Below are positions 17,274-18,127 of a stretch of DNA of 18,127 nt, one piece after another; position 1 is the first letter of the stretch, and the number at the start of each line of letters is the position of its first letter. Location of the stretch: contig CALJER010000023.1 of NCBI GenBank assembly GCA_938074535.1, positions 1-18,127 of the forward strand. Reading direction: 5' to 3'. Origin of the DNA: an uncultured archaeon. GTDB lineage: Archaea > Hadarchaeota > Hadarchaeia > Hadarchaeales > WYZ-LMO6. Position numbers and translations under genes: made by a program. Below the pieces are notes generated by a model, which was not told the origin of the DNA, ran no database searches, and worked only from the letters and a program-made list of their open reading frames with translations.

Positions 17274-17684
17274 TTACCTTGGGAGGACCCCCATCACCCT
17301 CCCCAGGATGTTCTCCCACCCCACCCTGTGCTCCTCCCAGGCCTCCGGCGAGTCTCCCCTCGTAACTACCACACCCTCCCCCAGTCCCACGATCCTGTGG
17401 GCCACGAGGGTGCCCTCGTACAGGTACACGATGATGTCCCCCACCCTGAGGCCGGCCGGATCCTCCTCCACGCACAGCAGGAGGTCGTTCTCGGTGAGGG
17501 AGGGGTACATGCTGCTCCCCATCAGGGTTAGGAACCAGATTCTCCGGTCGAGGAGGGCCCGATGGCCCAGGAAGGCGTTCGTCCAGTCCCTCGTGTCCCT
17601 GGGGGGAGGGGAAGGGAGGCGGAGGAGAAGCAGGAGGGAGAGGAGCAGGAGGAGGGTCAGGGCCGCCAGCCTGGGGTAACTCAC
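17274..17684 (-). CDS. S26 family signal peptidase (Ser-His, ER/SipW-type)
   Basis: N-terminal TM; GSSMYPSL (catalytic Ser), RVGDIIVY, VAHRIV (catalytic His), VTRGDS, ILGRV. Confidence 0.87.
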   Translation of the reverse strand: MSYPRLAALTLLLLLSLLLLLRLPSPPPRDTRDWTNAFLGHRALLDRRIWFLTLMGSSMYPSLTENDLLLCVEEDPAGLRVGDIIVYLYEGTLVAHRIVGLGEGVVVTRGDSPEAWEEHRVGWENILGRVMGVLPR

Positions 17685-17713
17685 AGAAAGAAAAAAGAAA
17701 GAAAAAAAGAAAA
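17685..17713 (-). terminator. Long oligo-U tract, candidate archaeal intrinsic terminator after the 17733-18127 gene
   Basis: Minus strand TTTTCTTTTTTTCTTTCTTTTTTCTTTCT, starting about 20 nt after the stop codon. Confidence 0.6.
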
Positions 17714-17732
17714 GGGTTGCGGTGGTCCAGGC

Positions 17733-18125
17733 TTACTTCCAGGTGTAGATGGTCAGCGGGTCGATGTTGATGGAGCCTCCGGCCGGTAGCTTGAAGCCGT
17801 TGCCGCCGTTATCGATGTAGTTGTACATCCTCAGCCAGGAGGATGGATAATTTTTGCCCACCGCTCCATAGGTAACATTTTCGGTGTGCCAGGGGCAGGT
17901 GGTTGCCCAGTCCGTCCCAGCCTCTAGCCTGTTTTCGGTCCTGGAAAAAGTGCCCGTGATTCTGATGTACTCATAGGTGTTCTCGAACCTCATGTAAGCC
18001 ACGTTGTCCCCCCTGATCTTGTACACGACCAGGATGTCGAAAGCCCTTTCGTAAGGTATGTTTACGGTTGCACCGCTGAAGCTTATGTTTTCATAGTAGT
18101 TGTCGCCTTTCACCCAGCTCTCTGG
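17733..18125 (-). CDS. C-terminal part of a beta-rich hypothetical protein (5' end outside the window); candidate filament/surface subunit
   Basis: The frame stays open to the window edge (PESWVKGDNYYENISFSG...), and the protein aligns by eye with 16592-17251. Confidence 0.75.
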   Translation of the reverse strand, partial: PESWVKGDNYYENISFSGATVNIPYERAFDILVVYKIRGDNVAYMRFENTYEYIRITGTFSRTENRLEAGTDWATTCPWHTENVTYGAVGKNYPSSWLRMYNYIDNGGNGFKLPAGGSINIDPLTIYTWK

Positions 18126-18127
18126 AG

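Noticed and set aside
1-18127. CRISPR array, rRNA, IS element or recoded (Sec/Pyl) stops
   Set aside because: I saw no regularly spaced repeats, rRNA-like sequence, transposase motifs or in-frame stops within conserved domains.

Overview
GC-rich archaeal chromosomal window. Archaeal markers are rps24e/rps27ae, Cdc6/Orc1, a PAC2-family chaperone, an intron-containing tRNA-Pro and TATA/BRE promoters; a Hadarchaeales-like thermophile is a guess. The left part (1-11.5 kb) is mostly housekeeping: an MSMEG_0568-type radical SAM gene, nadA-fdhD, the sulfide-dependent homocysteine synthesis pair (DUF39-CBS plus NIL-ferredoxin), an iron-sulfur flavoprotein, tRNA-Pro(CGG), PAC2-rps24e-rps27ae, a tungstate ABC transporter (tupABC) with a ModE-type regulator and a 26-bp palindromic candidate operator, and cdc6. 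The right part is more variable. It holds three archaeal P-loop ATPase genes (one frameshifted, one bracketed by a ~90-bp direct repeat) and a rhomboid protease. At the far end is the most interesting locus, a minus-strand cluster in which two paralogous beta-rich, [D/E]-N-enriched proteins alternate with two paralogous SipW-like S26 signal peptidases, one lacking its catalytic Ser. This resembles a dedicated-peptidase surface filament system (tapA-sipW-tasA-like logic), but I cannot assign the subunits to a known family. All family calls come from motif recognition by eye; no searches were run.
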